This document shows positions 46,694 through 57,772 of a stretch of DNA of 62,023 bases, piece after piece. How positions within the stretch are numbered: the stretch's first letter is position 1; the number at the start of each line of letters is the position of its first letter. The notes below the pieces were generated by a model. That model was not told the origin of the DNA. It worked only from the letters and a program-made list of their open reading frames with translations, and ran no database searches. The DNA comes from Thermoplasmatota archaeon. GTDB lineage: Archaea; Thermoplasmatota; E2; DHVEG-1. The stretch lies in NCBI GenBank assembly GCA_046496795.1, contig JAWOGM010000039.1, forward strand, positions 1 to 62,023, written 5' to 3'. The translations under genes were made by a program, and so were the position numbers.

Positions 46694-46735
46694 ATGACTC
46701 TAACAAAAAAAGCATAGAACTAAGTACTTAAATAG

Positions 46736-48055
46736 ATGCCTCTTATACTCGATCAAGCAATGAACATATTATTAATTGAAAACGTATGGATGGGGAAAAG
46801 AAAACTCAAATTCTTTGAAAAACTATTACTTACTTTTTTTTCAATTTTACCGACTCTTCATGCACGTCAGATTGCAGCAATGACACCAAAAAATCATACC
46901 ATACATGTCCTTAATGAACGGTACGAATCGATAGATTTTAAAAAATCTTATGATCTTGTCCACATAAACTTTACAACATCTACGGCACCAAGAGCATATG
47001 AAATCGCAGATAAATTTAAAGCAAAAAAAATAACAGTTACCTTAAGCGGAGCTCATGCATCATCCTTGCCCTATGAAGCATTACAACATGGTGATGCAGT
47101 TCTTCTTGGAAGAGGGGAATTAAATTGGCCTACCCTTCTTAAAGATTTTCAGCAGAATCGGTTAAAAAAAATCTATCCCTCACCACCCTATGATACAAAT
47201 TGTAACCTGCCTGCAACAGCAATCAAGCTTCCGGGTTTTATCATAACCGCAGCAATAGAAGCAACACGGGGATGTCCTTACCGTTGTGAATTTTGCCCTG
47301 AATCACAAAACAATACCAAACCATTATATTATAAAAGACCGATTGATGATGTCATCAAAGAGATTAAATCAATACCTCAGAAAACATTACAATTTTATGA
47401 TAGCTCTCTTACTATTGACCCTGATTATACAAAACAACTTTTTAGACAAATGAAAGGACTGGGAAAAAAGTTTTTTTGCAATGGTAATGTAGACATTTTG
47501 GCTTGTGATGATGAACTTCTCAAATGTGCAAAAGAAGCAGGATGTATTGCTTGGTTGATAGGCTTTGAATCAATATCTCAAGATACTATTGATAGCATAG
47601 GGAAAATAACCAATACCACTCAGTACTATGAAAAGGCAATAAAAAAAATACATTCAAATAAAATGGCAGTAATTGGTTGTTTTATTTTTGGATTTGATTC
47701 TGAAACACCAGCTGTGTTTGAGCAAACACTATATGCTATACAAAAAATGAATGTTGATATTTGTGATTTTTGTGTTCTTACACCGTTGCCTGGAACCGCC
47801 CTCTATAAGCGGCTTGAATCAGAATCACGACTTCTCACAAAAAATTGGGAGAAATACAACCTTAAAACCGTTGTGTTTCAACCAAAACAGATGACACCAG
47901 ATCAACTCCAGAGAGGGATACAAAAAATGTATAGACACTTTTATAGTCCATTCTCTATAATTACAAGGATTCTAGGTTCAATACATCTCGGATTCTTTGC
48001 TTTTTTTGTTGTTACTGTTAGAACCATTATTGCATTAATGAATTCCAAACGATAA
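46736..48055 (+). CDS. B12-binding-domain radical SAM protein (class B)
   Basis: N-terminal Rossmann-like B12 domain, then EATRGCPYRCEFCPE (CX3CX2C). Alternative start at ATG 46760 (MNILLIEN). Confidence 0.8.
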   Translation: MPLILDQAMNILLIENVWMGKRKLKFFEKLLLTFFSILPTLHARQIAAMTPKNHTIHVLNERYESIDFKKSYDLVHINFTTSTAPRAYEIADKFKAKKITVTLSGAHASSLPYEALQHGDAVLLGRGELNWPTLLKDFQQNRLKKIYPSPPYDTNCNLPATAIKLPGFIITAAIEATRGCPYRCEFCPESQNNTKPLYYKRPIDDVIKEIKSIPQKTLQFYDSSLTIDPDYTKQLFRQMKGLGKKFFCNGNVDILACDDELLKCAKEAGCIAWLIGFESISQDTIDSIGKITNTTQYYEKAIKKIHSNKMAVIGCFIFGFDSETPAVFEQTLYAIQKMNVDICDFCVLTPLPGTALYKRLESESRLLTKNWEKYNLKTVVFQPKQMTPDQLQRGIQKMYRHFYSPFSIITRILGSIHLGFFAFFVVTVRTIIALMNSKR

Positions 48056-48193
48056 TCATAAAAATTTCAGGGATAATTACTATATTATCTCATACCCAAA
48101 AAAAAAAAATTGATTTAATTCTTTTAGAAAATCATTTAAATTATCATTTCTATCCCTATCGCTAGGTTCTTAATAGTGGGAGGTAAAAAAAAT

Positions 48194-49372
48194 ATGAATG
48201 AAGCAGTAATTATAGCAGGTGTCAGAACAGCACAAGGAAAATTTAATGGAAGTCTACAACCCTTTTCTTCCACACAACTTGGATCATTTGTTATAAAAAA
48301 AGCAGTACAAAAAGCAGATATAAAACCAGATGACGTTGATGAAGTTATCATGGGAAATGTCGTCTCAGCAGGTCTGGGGCAAAATGTCGCCAGACAAGCA
48401 GCAATTGGAGCAGGTATTCCCTATGAGGCTGGTTGTTTTCATATAGATAAAGTATGCGGGTCAAGTCTGAAAGCAATTGTATGCGCCGCTCAAGCAATTA
48501 AATGCGGAGATGCAGATATAGTAGTTGCAGGTGGAATGGAGAGTATGAGCAATTGTCCCTATTCATTGCCAAAGGCTCGATATGGATACAGAATGTTTGA
48601 TGGAAAAATCGTAGATTTAATGGTAAACGATGGACTATGGGACATATACAATGACTTTCATATGGGTATGACTGGCGAGATAATTGCTGAAAGACACAAA
48701 TTGACTCGTGAAGAAATCGACGAGTTTGCAGCAGGCAGTCATCAAAAAGCAGAACATGCAACAGAAAAAGGATATTTTAAAGATGAAATAATTCCAATTG
48801 AAATCCCTCAGAAAAAAAGTGATCCCATTGTATTTGATAAAGATGAAGGAATACGGCATGGTACCACAGTAGAAAATCTTGCAAAGCTTAAACCTTTCTT
48901 CAAGAAAGATGGAGTAGTCACTGCAGGTAATGCATCACAGATTACTGATGGCGCGAGTGCAACAATTGTTATGAATAAAGACAAAGCTAAAGAAATGGGA
49001 ATTAAACCTCTAGTATCAATAAAAGGGTATAACACTGCAGGTGTAAAACCTGAACTAGTCATGGAGGCTCCAATACCTGGAGTCACAGCGCTTCTTGAAG
49101 ATATGAAACTTAACATCAGTGAAATAGATCTTATAGAGCATAATGAAGCATTTTCCTCAGCTAGTCTTGCCGTTATGAAGCATTTTAAGATTCCAAAAGA
49201 AAAATTCAATGTACATGGTGGTGCAGTTGCACTAGGTCATCCAATTGGTTCAAGTGGATCAAGAATTCTCATAACTTTGATGCATGCAATGAATCGGATG
49301 AATAAAAAGCGTGGACTTGCAACTATATGTCTTGGTGGAGGAAATGCAGTCCAAGTAGTTGTAGAGAGGTGA
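48194..49372 (+). CDS. acetyl-CoA C-acetyltransferase (thiolase II, bacterial type)
   Basis: Active-site VCGSSLKA, NEAFS, GGAVALGHPIGSSGSR, CLGGGNA. ATG 48194 with GGGAGG at 48178-48183; the tool start is GTG. Confidence 0.9.
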   Translation: MNEAVIIAGVRTAQGKFNGSLQPFSSTQLGSFVIKKAVQKADIKPDDVDEVIMGNVVSAGLGQNVARQAAIGAGIPYEAGCFHIDKVCGSSLKAIVCAAQAIKCGDADIVVAGGMESMSNCPYSLPKARYGYRMFDGKIVDLMVNDGLWDIYNDFHMGMTGEIIAERHKLTREEIDEFAAGSHQKAEHATEKGYFKDEIIPIEIPQKKSDPIVFDKDEGIRHGTTVENLAKLKPFFKKDGVVTAGNASQITDGASATIVMNKDKAKEMGIKPLVSIKGYNTAGVKPELVMEAPIPGVTALLEDMKLNISEIDLIEHNEAFSSASLAVMKHFKIPKEKFNVHGGAVALGHPIGSSGSRILITLMHAMNRMNKKRGLATICLGGGNAVQVVVER

Positions 49373-49378
49373 ACAAAA

Positions 49379-50233
49379 ATGGTTGTTAAAAAAATAGGTG
49401 TAATTGGCGCAGGACAAATGGGACATGGAATCGCACTAGTCTCTGCACAAGCAGGTTTTGAAGTAGTATTACGTGATATCAACAATGAATACGTGCAGAA
49501 AGGAATAGGAAAAATCGAAAGATTTTTAGATAAAAGCATTGAAAAACAAAAAATTACCAATAATGATAAGAAAACGATAATGAATAGAATAAAAGGTACA
49601 ATAAAACTATCTGATATGAAGGATGCAGACCTTGTGATAGAGGCGATATTTGAAAACGTTCAAGTGAAAAAAGAGGTTTTTAAAGAACTTGATAGCATCT
49701 GCAAAAAAGAATGCGTACTTGCAAGTAATACTAGTACAATTCCTATAACTGATCTTGCATCTGCGACAACCAGACCTGAGAAATTTATTGGAATGCATTT
49801 TATGAACCCCGTTCCAATAATGAAACTAGTAGAAGTAATAAGAGGCCTTAGAACAGATGATCAGACAAAAAAATTAATTCATGAATTATCAGAAAAAATG
49901 GGGAAAACTCCAGTTGAGGTAAACGATGGACCAGGATTTGTTTCAAATAGGCTTTTAATGCCTATGATAAATGAGGCTGTTACTTGTCTAAATGAGGGTA
50001 TTGGTACAGCGAAAAACATAGATCAAGTAATGAAACTGGGTATGAATCATCCAATGGGGCCGCTGGCACTTGCAGATTTAATAGGCCTGGATGTAGTACT
50101 CAACATAATGACCGTTTTATACGAAGGATTTAATGATTCAAAATATAGGCCATGTCCACTTCTTAAAAAAATGGTACAAGCAGGATATCTTGGTCGTAAA
50201 ACCGGAAGAGGGTTTTATGATTATTCAAAATAA
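49379..50233 (+). CDS. hbd: 3-hydroxybutyryl-CoA dehydrogenase
   Basis: [17 protein letters not shown] fold, [37 protein letters not shown]. Confidence 0.9.
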   Translation: MVVKKIGVIGAGQMGHGIALVSAQAGFEVVLRDINNEYVQKGIGKIERFLDKSIEKQKITNNDKKTIMNRIKGTIKLSDMKDADLVIEAIFENVQVKKEVFKELDSICKKECVLASNTSTIPITDLASATTRPEKFIGMHFMNPVPIMKLVEVIRGLRTDDQTKKLIHELSEKMGKTPVEVNDGPGFVSNRLLMPMINEAVTCLNEGIGTAKNIDQVMKLGMNHPMGPLALADLIGLDVVLNIMTVLYEGFNDSKYRPCPLLKKMVQAGYLGRKTGRGFYDYSK

Positions 50234-50245
50234 GGTGGTCAATAA

Positions 50246-51025
50246 ATGGCGTACAGAAATATAATCCTGGAAAAAAAAGATGGTGTTGGAATTATTACAA
50301 TTAACAGACCCAAAGTATTAAACGCTCTTGATAAAGAAACTGTCTGTGATCTATTGAGAGGAGTTACTGAGTTAGAAGATGATAAGAAAATAAAAGTTGC
50401 AATTCTTACAGGTGAAGGGAAAGCATTCATTGCAGGTGCAGATATTAAACAGATGAAGGATATGAGCCCGCTTGAAGCAAAAGAATTTGCAGAATTAGGC
50501 CATAGTCTTCCAATGAAAATAGAGGCTTCACGCTTGCCGTTTATTGCAGCAGTAAATGGTTATGCACTTGGTGGCGGTTGTGAGGTTATGATGGCCTGTG
50601 ACATTTGTATCGCTGCAAAAAGTGCAAAAATTGGTCAACCTGAAATTAACCTTGGGATTAGCCCTGGTTTTGGTGGAACGCAAAGACTTCCAAGGATAGT
50701 GGGACTTATGAAAGCAAAAGAATTACTTCTCACAGGTCGAAATATGGGTGCACAGGAAGCATTTGAAATAGGACTTGTAAATAAAGTAACAGATGATGAA
50801 AAACTCATGGAAGAAGTAGAAAAACTTGCAGTAAACATCGCAGGTAAATCTGCAGTTCAAATAGCATTTATCAAAGCTCTTGTAAACAAGGGTTCTCATG
50901 TTGATTTAAACAGCGCATGTGCACTTGAAATCTCATATTTCTCGACTAGTTTTTCGACACACGATCAAAAAGAAGGGATGACTGCATTTCTTGAAAAAAG
51001 AAAACCTATTTTCAAGGGAAAATAA
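50246..51025 (+). CDS. crt: enoyl-CoA hydratase (crotonase)
   Basis: INRPKVLNAL, GEGKAFIAGADI, AAVNGYALGGGCE, GQPEINLGI, EGMTAFLEKRKP. Confidence 0.9.
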   Translation: MAYRNIILEKKDGVGIITINRPKVLNALDKETVCDLLRGVTELEDDKKIKVAILTGEGKAFIAGADIKQMKDMSPLEAKEFAELGHSLPMKIEASRLPFIAAVNGYALGGGCEVMMACDICIAAKSAKIGQPEINLGISPGFGGTQRLPRIVGLMKAKELLLTGRNMGAQEAFEIGLVNKVTDDEKLMEEVEKLAVNIAGKSAVQIAFIKALVNKGSHVDLNSACALEISYFSTSFSTHDQKEGMTAFLEKRKPIFKGK

Positions 51026-51042
51026 ACTTAAGAGACAATAAA

Positions 51043-51819
51043 ATGCAATTAATGCAATATGAAAAAAAGGGCAATATAGGATATATTATCCTTAATAATC
51101 CAGTTAAAAGAAATGCCTTATCATTAGCATTGATGAATGAGTTTCAGAAACAACTTCAAAAAAATACGAAAGATAAAGAAATTAAGGTTATAATAATTAA
51201 AGGTAATGGGCCTTCTTTTTGTGTAGGTCACGATATAATCGAGCTTGTTGGAAAAGAATATGATTTAGCTCATTTTAAAAAGATATTTTCAACTTGTACT
51301 ACGCTGATGAAAACAATAAAAGAAATACCTCAAGTAGTAATTGCCCAAGTTCATGGAGCAGCATTTGCAGCAGGTTGTCAATTAGTTGCCGCATGTGATC
51401 TTGCTATTGCAGAACATAAAGCAAAATTTTGTACACCCGGTGTAAAAATTGGGCTTTTTTGTTCAACACCAATGGTTCCATTAAGTAGAGTCATTGGACA
51501 AAGAAATGCCTTTGATATGCTTTTTACAGGACGTATCGTTACGGCAGATGAAGCAAAAGACTTTGGTCTTGTAAATAGAGTAGTAGATTCAAATAAATTA
51601 AACGAAGAAGCAGAAAGGTTTGCACAGGAGATTGCCCAACACAGCAGATATACTTTAGAAATGGGTAAAAAGGCATTTTATAATCAGATACAGCAAGATG
51701 AATTTTTAGCTTATGATTATGCAAAAGAGATAATTGCAAAGAATTGTCTTGCGTATGATGCTCAGGAAGGAATGAGTGCTTTTCTTGAGAAAAGAAAGCC
51801 TCAATGGAAAAATCGTTAA
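51043..51819 (+). CDS. second enoyl-CoA hydratase/isomerase-family protein
   Basis: LNNPVKRNAL, GNGPSFCVGHDI, AQVHGAAFAAGCQL, EGMSAFLEKRKP. Confidence 0.85.
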   Translation: MQLMQYEKKGNIGYIILNNPVKRNALSLALMNEFQKQLQKNTKDKEIKVIIIKGNGPSFCVGHDIIELVGKEYDLAHFKKIFSTCTTLMKTIKEIPQVVIAQVHGAAFAAGCQLVAACDLAIAEHKAKFCTPGVKIGLFCSTPMVPLSRVIGQRNAFDMLFTGRIVTADEAKDFGLVNRVVDSNKLNEEAERFAQEIAQHSRYTLEMGKKAFYNQIQQDEFLAYDYAKEIIAKNCLAYDAQEGMSAFLEKRKPQWKNR

Positions 51820-51821
51820 CT

Positions 51822-52763
51822 TTATTTCAAAATTTTCCTCAGTATTTTTTCGGAGGCGGTATATGGATCCAGTTCTTTTTTACTAATCCTCTGAATAATA
51901 TCTTCTATTTTTTCTTTAAAAGCACTTTCATCAAAAATAAAACTCATCAACCTTTTCCTAATAATTTCTACAAGTTCTGCCTCATAACGCATTCTTCTTT
52001 GTTTTTCAAATTCTTTTGTTTCCTTAAGATAATGTCTATGACTGTCAATTTCGTTTACAAGTTCTTGTATTCCTTTACCTTGTTTTGCAACAGCCGAAAG
52101 AACGGGTGTTTTACGTTTTTTTCCAAAACAAGTGATATCAACAAGGCTTTCAACTTCTGCAATTATTTGCTCAACACCTGGCCTATCGGCTTTGTTTACA
52201 ACATAAATATCAGCAATTTCCATAACACCTGCTTTAAGTGTTTGTATGCTGTCACCAAGACCTGGTACTACAACAACAAGAGTAGTATCAGCAATTTTTA
52301 TGATATCTACTTCAGCTTGGCCCACACCCACAGTTTCTACAATTATAACATCCTTTCCAGAGGCATCCAAAATTTCAACGACATCATACACAGAGCTAGC
52401 AAGACCGCCAAGCATGCCCCGAGTCCCCATACTACGGATAAATACACCTTCATCCATAGCAAGCTCTGTCATACGAACTCTATCACCTAGAAGAGCACCT
52501 CCTGAAAAAGGACTTGTCGGATCAATAGCAATTATGCCTACTTTTTTCCCTTGCTCTCTGTATATCCTTGTAAGCTCACAAATAAGAGTACTTTTACCAC
52601 TACCCATAACACCAGTAATGCCTATAACATGTGCTTTTCCCGTATACTGATGAATGTCTTTCATCACATCTGTTGCGATACAATCATTGTTCTCTGCAAG
52701 AGTGATAAGACGGGCGATACCTCGAGATTCACCTTCGAGAACCCTGGTTGTTAAATCTTTCAT
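51822..52763 (-). CDS. meaB: methylmalonyl-CoA mutase-associated G-protein chaperone MeaB/ArgK
   Basis: P-loop [23 protein letters not shown]. Confidence 0.9.
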   Translation of the reverse strand: MKDLTTRVLEGESRGIARLITLAENNDCIATDVMKDIHQYTGKAHVIGITGVMGSGKSTLICELTRIYREQGKKVGIIAIDPTSPFSGGALLGDRVRMTELAMDEGVFIRSMGTRGMLGGLASSVYDVVEILDASGKDVIIVETVGVGQAEVDIIKIADTTLVVVVPGLGDSIQTLKAGVMEIADIYVVNKADRPGVEQIIAEVESLVDITCFGKKRKTPVLSAVAKQGKGIQELVNEIDSHRHYLKETKEFEKQRRMRYEAELVEIIRKRLMSFIFDESAFKEKIEDIIQRISKKELDPYTASEKILRKILK

Positions 52764-53173
52764 TTTTTCACGTTCTTAACAATATAATCCACGATATGCT
52801 GACAAGGAGTTCCTGGTCCAAAAACCGCAGAAATACCTTCTTTTTTAAGTTTTGGAACATCTTGTTCAGGAATAATTCCACCCCCTAAAACCAACACATC
52901 ATCCATGTCTTTTTTCTTTAAAAGCCTTGCAACATCAACAAACAAGGTCATATGTGCACCAGAAAGCAAACTAAGACCCACGACATCAACATCCTCCTGT
53001 ATTGCAGCTTCTACTATCATTTCTGCAGTCTGATGAAGACCTGTATAAATTACCTCCATTCCTGCATCACGAAGTGCTCTTGCAACAATTTTAGCTCCCC
53101 GGTCATGTCCATCAAGACCAGGTTTTGCAACCAATACCCTAATTTTTCTCTCAACCAATTTTACCCACCTCAA
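52760..53173 (-). CDS. methylmalonyl-CoA mutase, B12-binding (C-terminal domain) subunit
   Basis: [34 protein letters not shown] with the DxHxxG cobalamin-binding motif. 4-nt overlaps on both sides. Confidence 0.9.
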   Translation of the reverse strand: MRWVKLVERKIRVLVAKPGLDGHDRGAKIVARALRDAGMEVIYTGLHQTAEMIVEAAIQEDVDVVGLSLLSGAHMTLFVDVARLLKKKDMDDVLVLGGGIIPEQDVPKLKKEGISAVFGPGTPCQHIVDYIVKNVKK

Positions 53174-54846
53174 AATATTGCTGGTTCCTCATACTCGCCA
53201 AACACATCACGTAACACTTGACAGGTTTCACCCAGTGTGGCATACGAATGAACACACTCAAGAATATAAGGCATCATGTTTTCATCACCTTTCGCAGCTA
53301 TCCTAAGTTTTTCAAGATTACGATTAACCTTTTGATTGTTCCTATTTATCCTAAGTTTTTTCAATCGGTTAATCTGACGCTCCTCACCTTTTTCATCCAT
53401 TTTAAGGAGAGGAATGTCAATTTCTTCATCTAATTTATAATTATTAACCCCTACTATCGTTTTTTTCTTTTCATCAATTTCTTTCTGATATCTATATGCA
53501 GCATGTGCGATTTCACGCTGATAAAAACCTTTTTCAATAGCAGGTAAAACCCCACCTAGTTTTTCCACACGATCCCAGTACTTATAGGTCTGCTCCTCCA
53601 TTTCGTCTGTTAGCCATTCTATATAATAGCTTCCACCGAGAGGATCAACAGTATCAGTCACTCCACTTTCTTCAGATATAATCTGCTGAGTGCGCAAAGC
53701 AATTCTCACTGCTTTTTCAGAGGGTAGAGCAAGTGCTTCATCCATACTATTTGTATGAAGACTCTGCGTACCACCAAGTACTGCTGCAAGGCCTTGAAGA
53801 GCGACTCGTACAATATTTATCTCAGGCTGCTGAGCAGTTAGTGAACAACCCGCAGTTTGTGTATGAAAACGCATAAGCATGCTCCGATTTTTTTTAGCAC
53901 CAAGTTTTTTTAGTTCTTTTGCCCAAATTCTACGAGCAGCTCTATATTTTGCAATTTCTTCAAAAAAATCATTATGAGCATTAAAAAAGAAACTAAGACG
54001 AGGTGCAAAATCATCTATTTTAAGACCACGCTTAAGCGCCCATTTAACATATTCAATACCATCCCCTAAAGTAAATGCAAGTTCCTGAACAGCAGTGGAT
54101 CCTGCCTCACGGATATGATAACCAGATATACTAATTGTATTCCAACGAGGGACATATTTTGAGCCGTATTCAAATGTATCAACTATTAATCTCATTGAGG
54201 GCTCAGGGGGAAAAATATAGCTTTTCTGTGCGATATATTCTTTTAAAATATCATTTTGAATCGTACCACCAATAACATCCCTATCTATCCCTCTCTTTTC
54301 TGCATTAGCAATATAAAACGCCCAGACAACAGCTGCAGGACCATTAATTGTCATCGATGTTGTAACCTTCTCAATAGGAATATCCTTAAACAACATTTCC
54401 ATATCCTGTAAGGAAGAGATAGCAACACCACATTTTCCAAACTCACCGCGAGATAATGGATGATCAGTATCATAGCCATACAACGTTGGATAATCAAAAG
54501 CAACACTCAATCCTGTCTCACCATGCTTAAGCAAATATTTATAGCGATGATTTGTTTCTTCTGCACTACCAAAACCAGCAAATTGGCGCATCGTCCACAA
54601 CCGACCCCGATACATGGTAGCATGAACACCTCTCAGGAAAGGATACTTTCCGGGAAATCCCCTCTCTTTAAGATAATCAATTTTTTTTATATCATCTGGC
54701 GTATAAAGAGGAGCAATAGAGGTGTTTGAGAGATTTTTAAATTCTTTTTTTCTCTCAGGATGATTTTTAATATATTCAGAATACACCATTTTTTTCCATT
54801 CTTGTTTTCGTTTGCTTATTTCATCTTTATCAATCTGATGTTTCAA
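53170..54846 (-). CDS. methylmalonyl-CoA mutase, catalytic (N-terminal TIM-barrel) subunit
   Basis: [87 protein letters not shown]. Confidence 0.9.
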   Translation of the reverse strand: MKHQIDKDEISKRKQEWKKMVYSEYIKNHPERKKEFKNLSNTSIAPLYTPDDIKKIDYLKERGFPGKYPFLRGVHATMYRGRLWTMRQFAGFGSAEETNHRYKYLLKHGETGLSVAFDYPTLYGYDTDHPLSRGEFGKCGVAISSLQDMEMLFKDIPIEKVTTSMTINGPAAVVWAFYIANAEKRGIDRDVIGGTIQNDILKEYIAQKSYIFPPEPSMRLIVDTFEYGSKYVPRWNTISISGYHIREAGSTAVQELAFTLGDGIEYVKWALKRGLKIDDFAPRLSFFFNAHNDFFEEIAKYRAARRIWAKELKKLGAKKNRSMLMRFHTQTAGCSLTAQQPEINIVRVALQGLAAVLGGTQSLHTNSMDEALALPSEKAVRIALRTQQIISEESGVTDTVDPLGGSYYIEWLTDEMEEQTYKYWDRVEKLGGVLPAIEKGFYQREIAHAAYRYQKEIDEKKKTIVGVNNYKLDEEIDIPLLKMDEKGEERQINRLKKLRINRNNQKVNRNLEKLRIAAKGDENMMPYILECVHSYATLGETCQVLRDVFGEYEEPAIF

Positions 54847-54864
54847 TTACAATCCCCCCATTAC

Positions 54865-55389
54865 CTACCAATCAATTCCCTTTCTGCTTTCTATTCCAGC
54901 TTGATAAGGATGTTTAATTTCTAATAATTCGCTTACCAAATCAGCATATCTAACCATCTCAGGATGTGCATATCTCCCCGTCAATACTAACTCAACAGTT
55001 GACGGTTTTGTTTTCATAAGTTCAATAACTTCCTCTAGAGGAATTAAACCATAATCAACAGCAACATTTATCTCATCTAAAATCACAACAGAGTACTTTC
55101 CACTCTGAATAATTGTTTTAGCGTGTTCAAATCCTTCTCGAGCGAGATCAATATCGATTTGTTCAGGATTTTTTTTAGAGACAAATTCATCTCTACCAAA
55201 TTGAACAACAGTGAAATTACCCATGTGCTCAAGCGCATCAATCTCACTATACCGCCTTCCCTTCATGAATTGAATCATATACACCAGCAACCCATCTCCA
55301 ACTGATCGAACACCCAGACCAATTGCCGCAGTTGTCTTACCTTTTCCATTTCCAGTGTAAATATGGATATATCCTTTTTCAAACGCCAT
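54865..55389 (-). CDS. cobO: cob(I)yrinic acid a,c-diamide (corrinoid) adenosyltransferase, CobO/BtuR type
   Basis: GYIHIYTGNGKGKTTAAIGLGVR, QFMKG, ILDEINVA, LVLTGR. Confidence 0.9.
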   Translation of the reverse strand: MAFEKGYIHIYTGNGKGKTTAAIGLGVRSVGDGLLVYMIQFMKGRRYSEIDALEHMGNFTVVQFGRDEFVSKKNPEQIDIDLAREGFEHAKTIIQSGKYSVVILDEINVAVDYGLIPLEEVIELMKTKPSTVELVLTGRYAHPEMVRYADLVSELLEIKHPYQAGIESRKGIDW

Positions 55390-55470
55390 AACAGAACAGA
55401 TTCCTAAACTGTTACTAAATTATAACTGTTTTCTTTGTATAAAAAAATTATAAAAATGAAAAAATGAATA

Positions 55471-55878
55471 CTAATCTATCTCTAACTGTTTTTTTGATCG
55501 TAAAAAAATAACTCTTTGTCTCTTGTCTTTCAGTCTTTTTCTTAACATGTTATCATTGGTTACTACAATTGCATCAATTTTTTTTGATAAAAAAATCAAT
55601 GAATCATCAGTATTTTTCTCTTCAACATCAATAACGTCATATTTTTTAATAAATAACAAAGATGCCTTTGCATTTCTTGATTTGACACCATCCCCTTTAT
55701 TAGATAAAACCTCAAGTTCTTTAATAACAGATGAGGGGATCATCACGGTATATGATCCCAACAGCCGTCTCAGTTCCCCTTCTAAATCTATAGAAAATTC
55801 AAAACAACTCAAAATTGAACTAGTATCAAGAAGTATTATTTTATGTATGATATCTCTCCATAACCAATGAGATGCCAT
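55471..55878 (-). CDS. PIN-domain protein (Fcf1/Utp24-like, conserved partner of aIF2-gamma)
   Basis: Acidic PIN residues in [15 protein letters not shown] and [12 protein letters not shown]. Overlaps the 3' end of aIF2-gamma by 43 nt. Confidence 0.7.
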   Translation of the reverse strand: MASHWLWRDIIHKIILLDTSSILSCFEFSIDLEGELRRLLGSYTVMIPSSVIKELEVLSNKGDGVKSRNAKASLLFIKKYDVIDVEEKNTDDSLIFLSKKIDAIVVTNDNMLRKRLKDKRQRVIFLRSKKQLEID

Positions 55879-57077
55879 TTTCCTTCAATTCTTCTACTTA
55901 CCGCAATACGCTGACCCTCTAACGCACAAACCGATAATTTCAATTTCACCCGGATAATATCTTCCCGCAACTCTGTTATAATCCCTACAGTTGTAGCAGT
56001 TCCAACAGTAAGCATAAGAGGTTCATTGGTCTTTAGCGGGTCAACATTTTTCTCTTCAATTGTTCCCACTACTCGTTTCAACAAACAAATCGATAAATCA
56101 AAACTATCCATCACTGGCGGAATTTCCCCGGGTCTACCAACAATTTTACCTGAAAACGAATCTGATTTAACTTGAGCAGGATCAAGCTCCGTACCAATAG
56201 CAATAAGACCACCAGCATTAGCAATTTCGGTAGATATACCACCAGTAAAAAAAGAATTAATTTTTGTTACAATTGGTTCAATAACTTGTTTCCCATCCAC
56301 CTCGATTCGTCTTCCAGGAGAAATCATTATTTGCTCTCCTTTTTTCAAGACACCCTGCATCAACGAACCACCTATAACACCACCCTGCAGTTGAGATGGT
56401 CTAGCCCCTGGTTTATTAATATCAAAACTTCGAGCTATATACATAAGCGGTGGCTTAGAACTATCCCGCACAGGTGTTGGAATATATTCCTGCAACGTCT
56501 TAATTAAAAAGTCAATATTCATATCGTGATGAGCACTCACAGGAATAATTGGAGCATTTTCAGCACACGTACCCTTTACAAAACCAGAAATCTGCTCATA
56601 ATTTTTAACAGCATCTTGCTCAGAAACAAGATCAATTTTATTCTGAACAATTATAATTTTTTGTATTCCGGCAATCTCCAAAGCCATTAAATGCTCTCTT
56701 GTTTGAGGCTGAGGGCATTTTTCATTTGCTGCAATTACAAGAATAGCACCATCCATAAGCGCAGCACCCGAAAGCATGGTTGCCATCAGTGTTTCATGCC
56801 CTGGAGCATCAACAATAGAGATAACACGTAAAAGCTCACAAGAACCACCACAGATACCACATTTCTCATGAACAGAATAACAACCAGGATCATCACAGGT
56901 TGAACATTTATACAATGCAACATCTGCATATCCAAGACGTATCGATATACCTCGTTTTAACTCCTCGGAATGTTCATCAGTCCATTTGCCTGTCAACCGT
57001 TGAGTTAACGTTGTCTTACCATGATCAACATGGCCAATCATCCCAATATTAATTTCAGGTGGTTTTGAAAAACTCAT
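55836..57077 (-). CDS. eif2g: translation initiation factor aIF2 gamma subunit
   Basis: [10 protein letters not shown], zinc knuckle CSTCDDPGC...CGICGG, DAPGHE, QNKIDL, domains II/III. Confidence 0.95.
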   Translation of the reverse strand: MSFSKPPEINIGMIGHVDHGKTTLTQRLTGKWTDEHSEELKRGISIRLGYADVALYKCSTCDDPGCYSVHEKCGICGGSCELLRVISIVDAPGHETLMATMLSGAALMDGAILVIAANEKCPQPQTREHLMALEIAGIQKIIIVQNKIDLVSEQDAVKNYEQISGFVKGTCAENAPIIPVSAHHDMNIDFLIKTLQEYIPTPVRDSSKPPLMYIARSFDINKPGARPSQLQGGVIGGSLMQGVLKKGEQIMISPGRRIEVDGKQVIEPIVTKINSFFTGGISTEIANAGGLIAIGTELDPAQVKSDSFSGKIVGRPGEIPPVMDSFDLSICLLKRVVGTIEEKNVDPLKTNEPLMLTVGTATTVGIITELREDIIRVKLKLSVCALEGQRIAVSRRIEGKWHLIGYGEISYIK

Positions 57078-57508
57078 TATTTATCCTCTTTCACATCTCC
57101 CTGTTTTGATTCATCCCCAGCTGCCTTATCCGCTTTTAAAATATCCTCAATTGTCTTTGAACTATGCTTAATAACCTTCATGTTAATTTGAACAACATCC
57201 TGATTAATACTATTACCACGAACTGATTTCTTTTTCCGTAACCCATTTTCCTTTGCATGAAAACCAAGACTGTTACTTAATAAAAGTCTTTTTCGTGTTG
57301 TCCCCGGTAAATCCTTTCTCATTGGAAAACCATTTTTATCAGTCCCTCCAGTAATCTGCAATTTATACCCTGGTAGGGAAACAAAAATACCATCAACTTC
57401 ATCATGTATTTTTTTACCAATCAGAGAATTTGCATGATGACCACTCACTACAATATTATGTGATGTTCCCTTTTTTGTATCGTTAACAACAACTTTGAAT
57501 TCAACCAT
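57077..57508 (-). CDS. rps6e: 30S ribosomal protein S6e
   Basis: [18 protein letters not shown]..., [26 protein letters not shown]. Confidence 0.9.
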   Translation of the reverse strand: MVEFKVVVNDTKKGTSHNIVVSGHHANSLIGKKIHDEVDGIFVSLPGYKLQITGGTDKNGFPMRKDLPGTTRKRLLLSNSLGFHAKENGLRKKKSVRGNSINQDVVQINMKVIKHSSKTIEDILKADKAAGDESKQGDVKEDK

Positions 57509-57772
57509 TGTTTTTTTCTCCTTATAACAGGTCTTTTATACTCGCAATTCTGTTTAGATTTACAGACACGTATTACAACAAGTGGAATAGCGGATATTTT
57601 ATAAATCTTCTCCCTACTCAGAATGAAGTAAAAAAATTATCAAATATTAATCAAAAACCAGGGTACAATTCAATCAAGTACTCCAAACAACAAAACAATT
57701 ATTCTATATTCAAAAAGAATTTAAGGAGCAAGTTCATTCCAACTCAGTTTTATATTCATTAAAAGTGATAGT

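Noticed and set aside
48808-49560. Antisense ORFs 48808-49209 and 49237-49560 (plus 48498-48761 and 48635-48859) across the thiolase/hbd genes.
   Set aside because: They are shadows of well-conserved plus-strand genes and have no start context or motifs.
51804-52650. 228-aa plus-strand ORF (51804-52490), and ORFs at 52246-52650 and 52551-52754, opposite meaB.
   Set aside because: They are antisense to a gene with clear P-loop/NKxD motifs, and the F/N/K/Y-rich translations are typical of AT-rich noncoding frames.
57508-57762. 84-aa ORF filling the S6e/rpoE' divergent spacer.
   Set aside because: It starts at a non-ATG codon inside the promoter region, its composition is N/K/F/Y-rich with no SD, and the spacer is needed for two divergent promoters.
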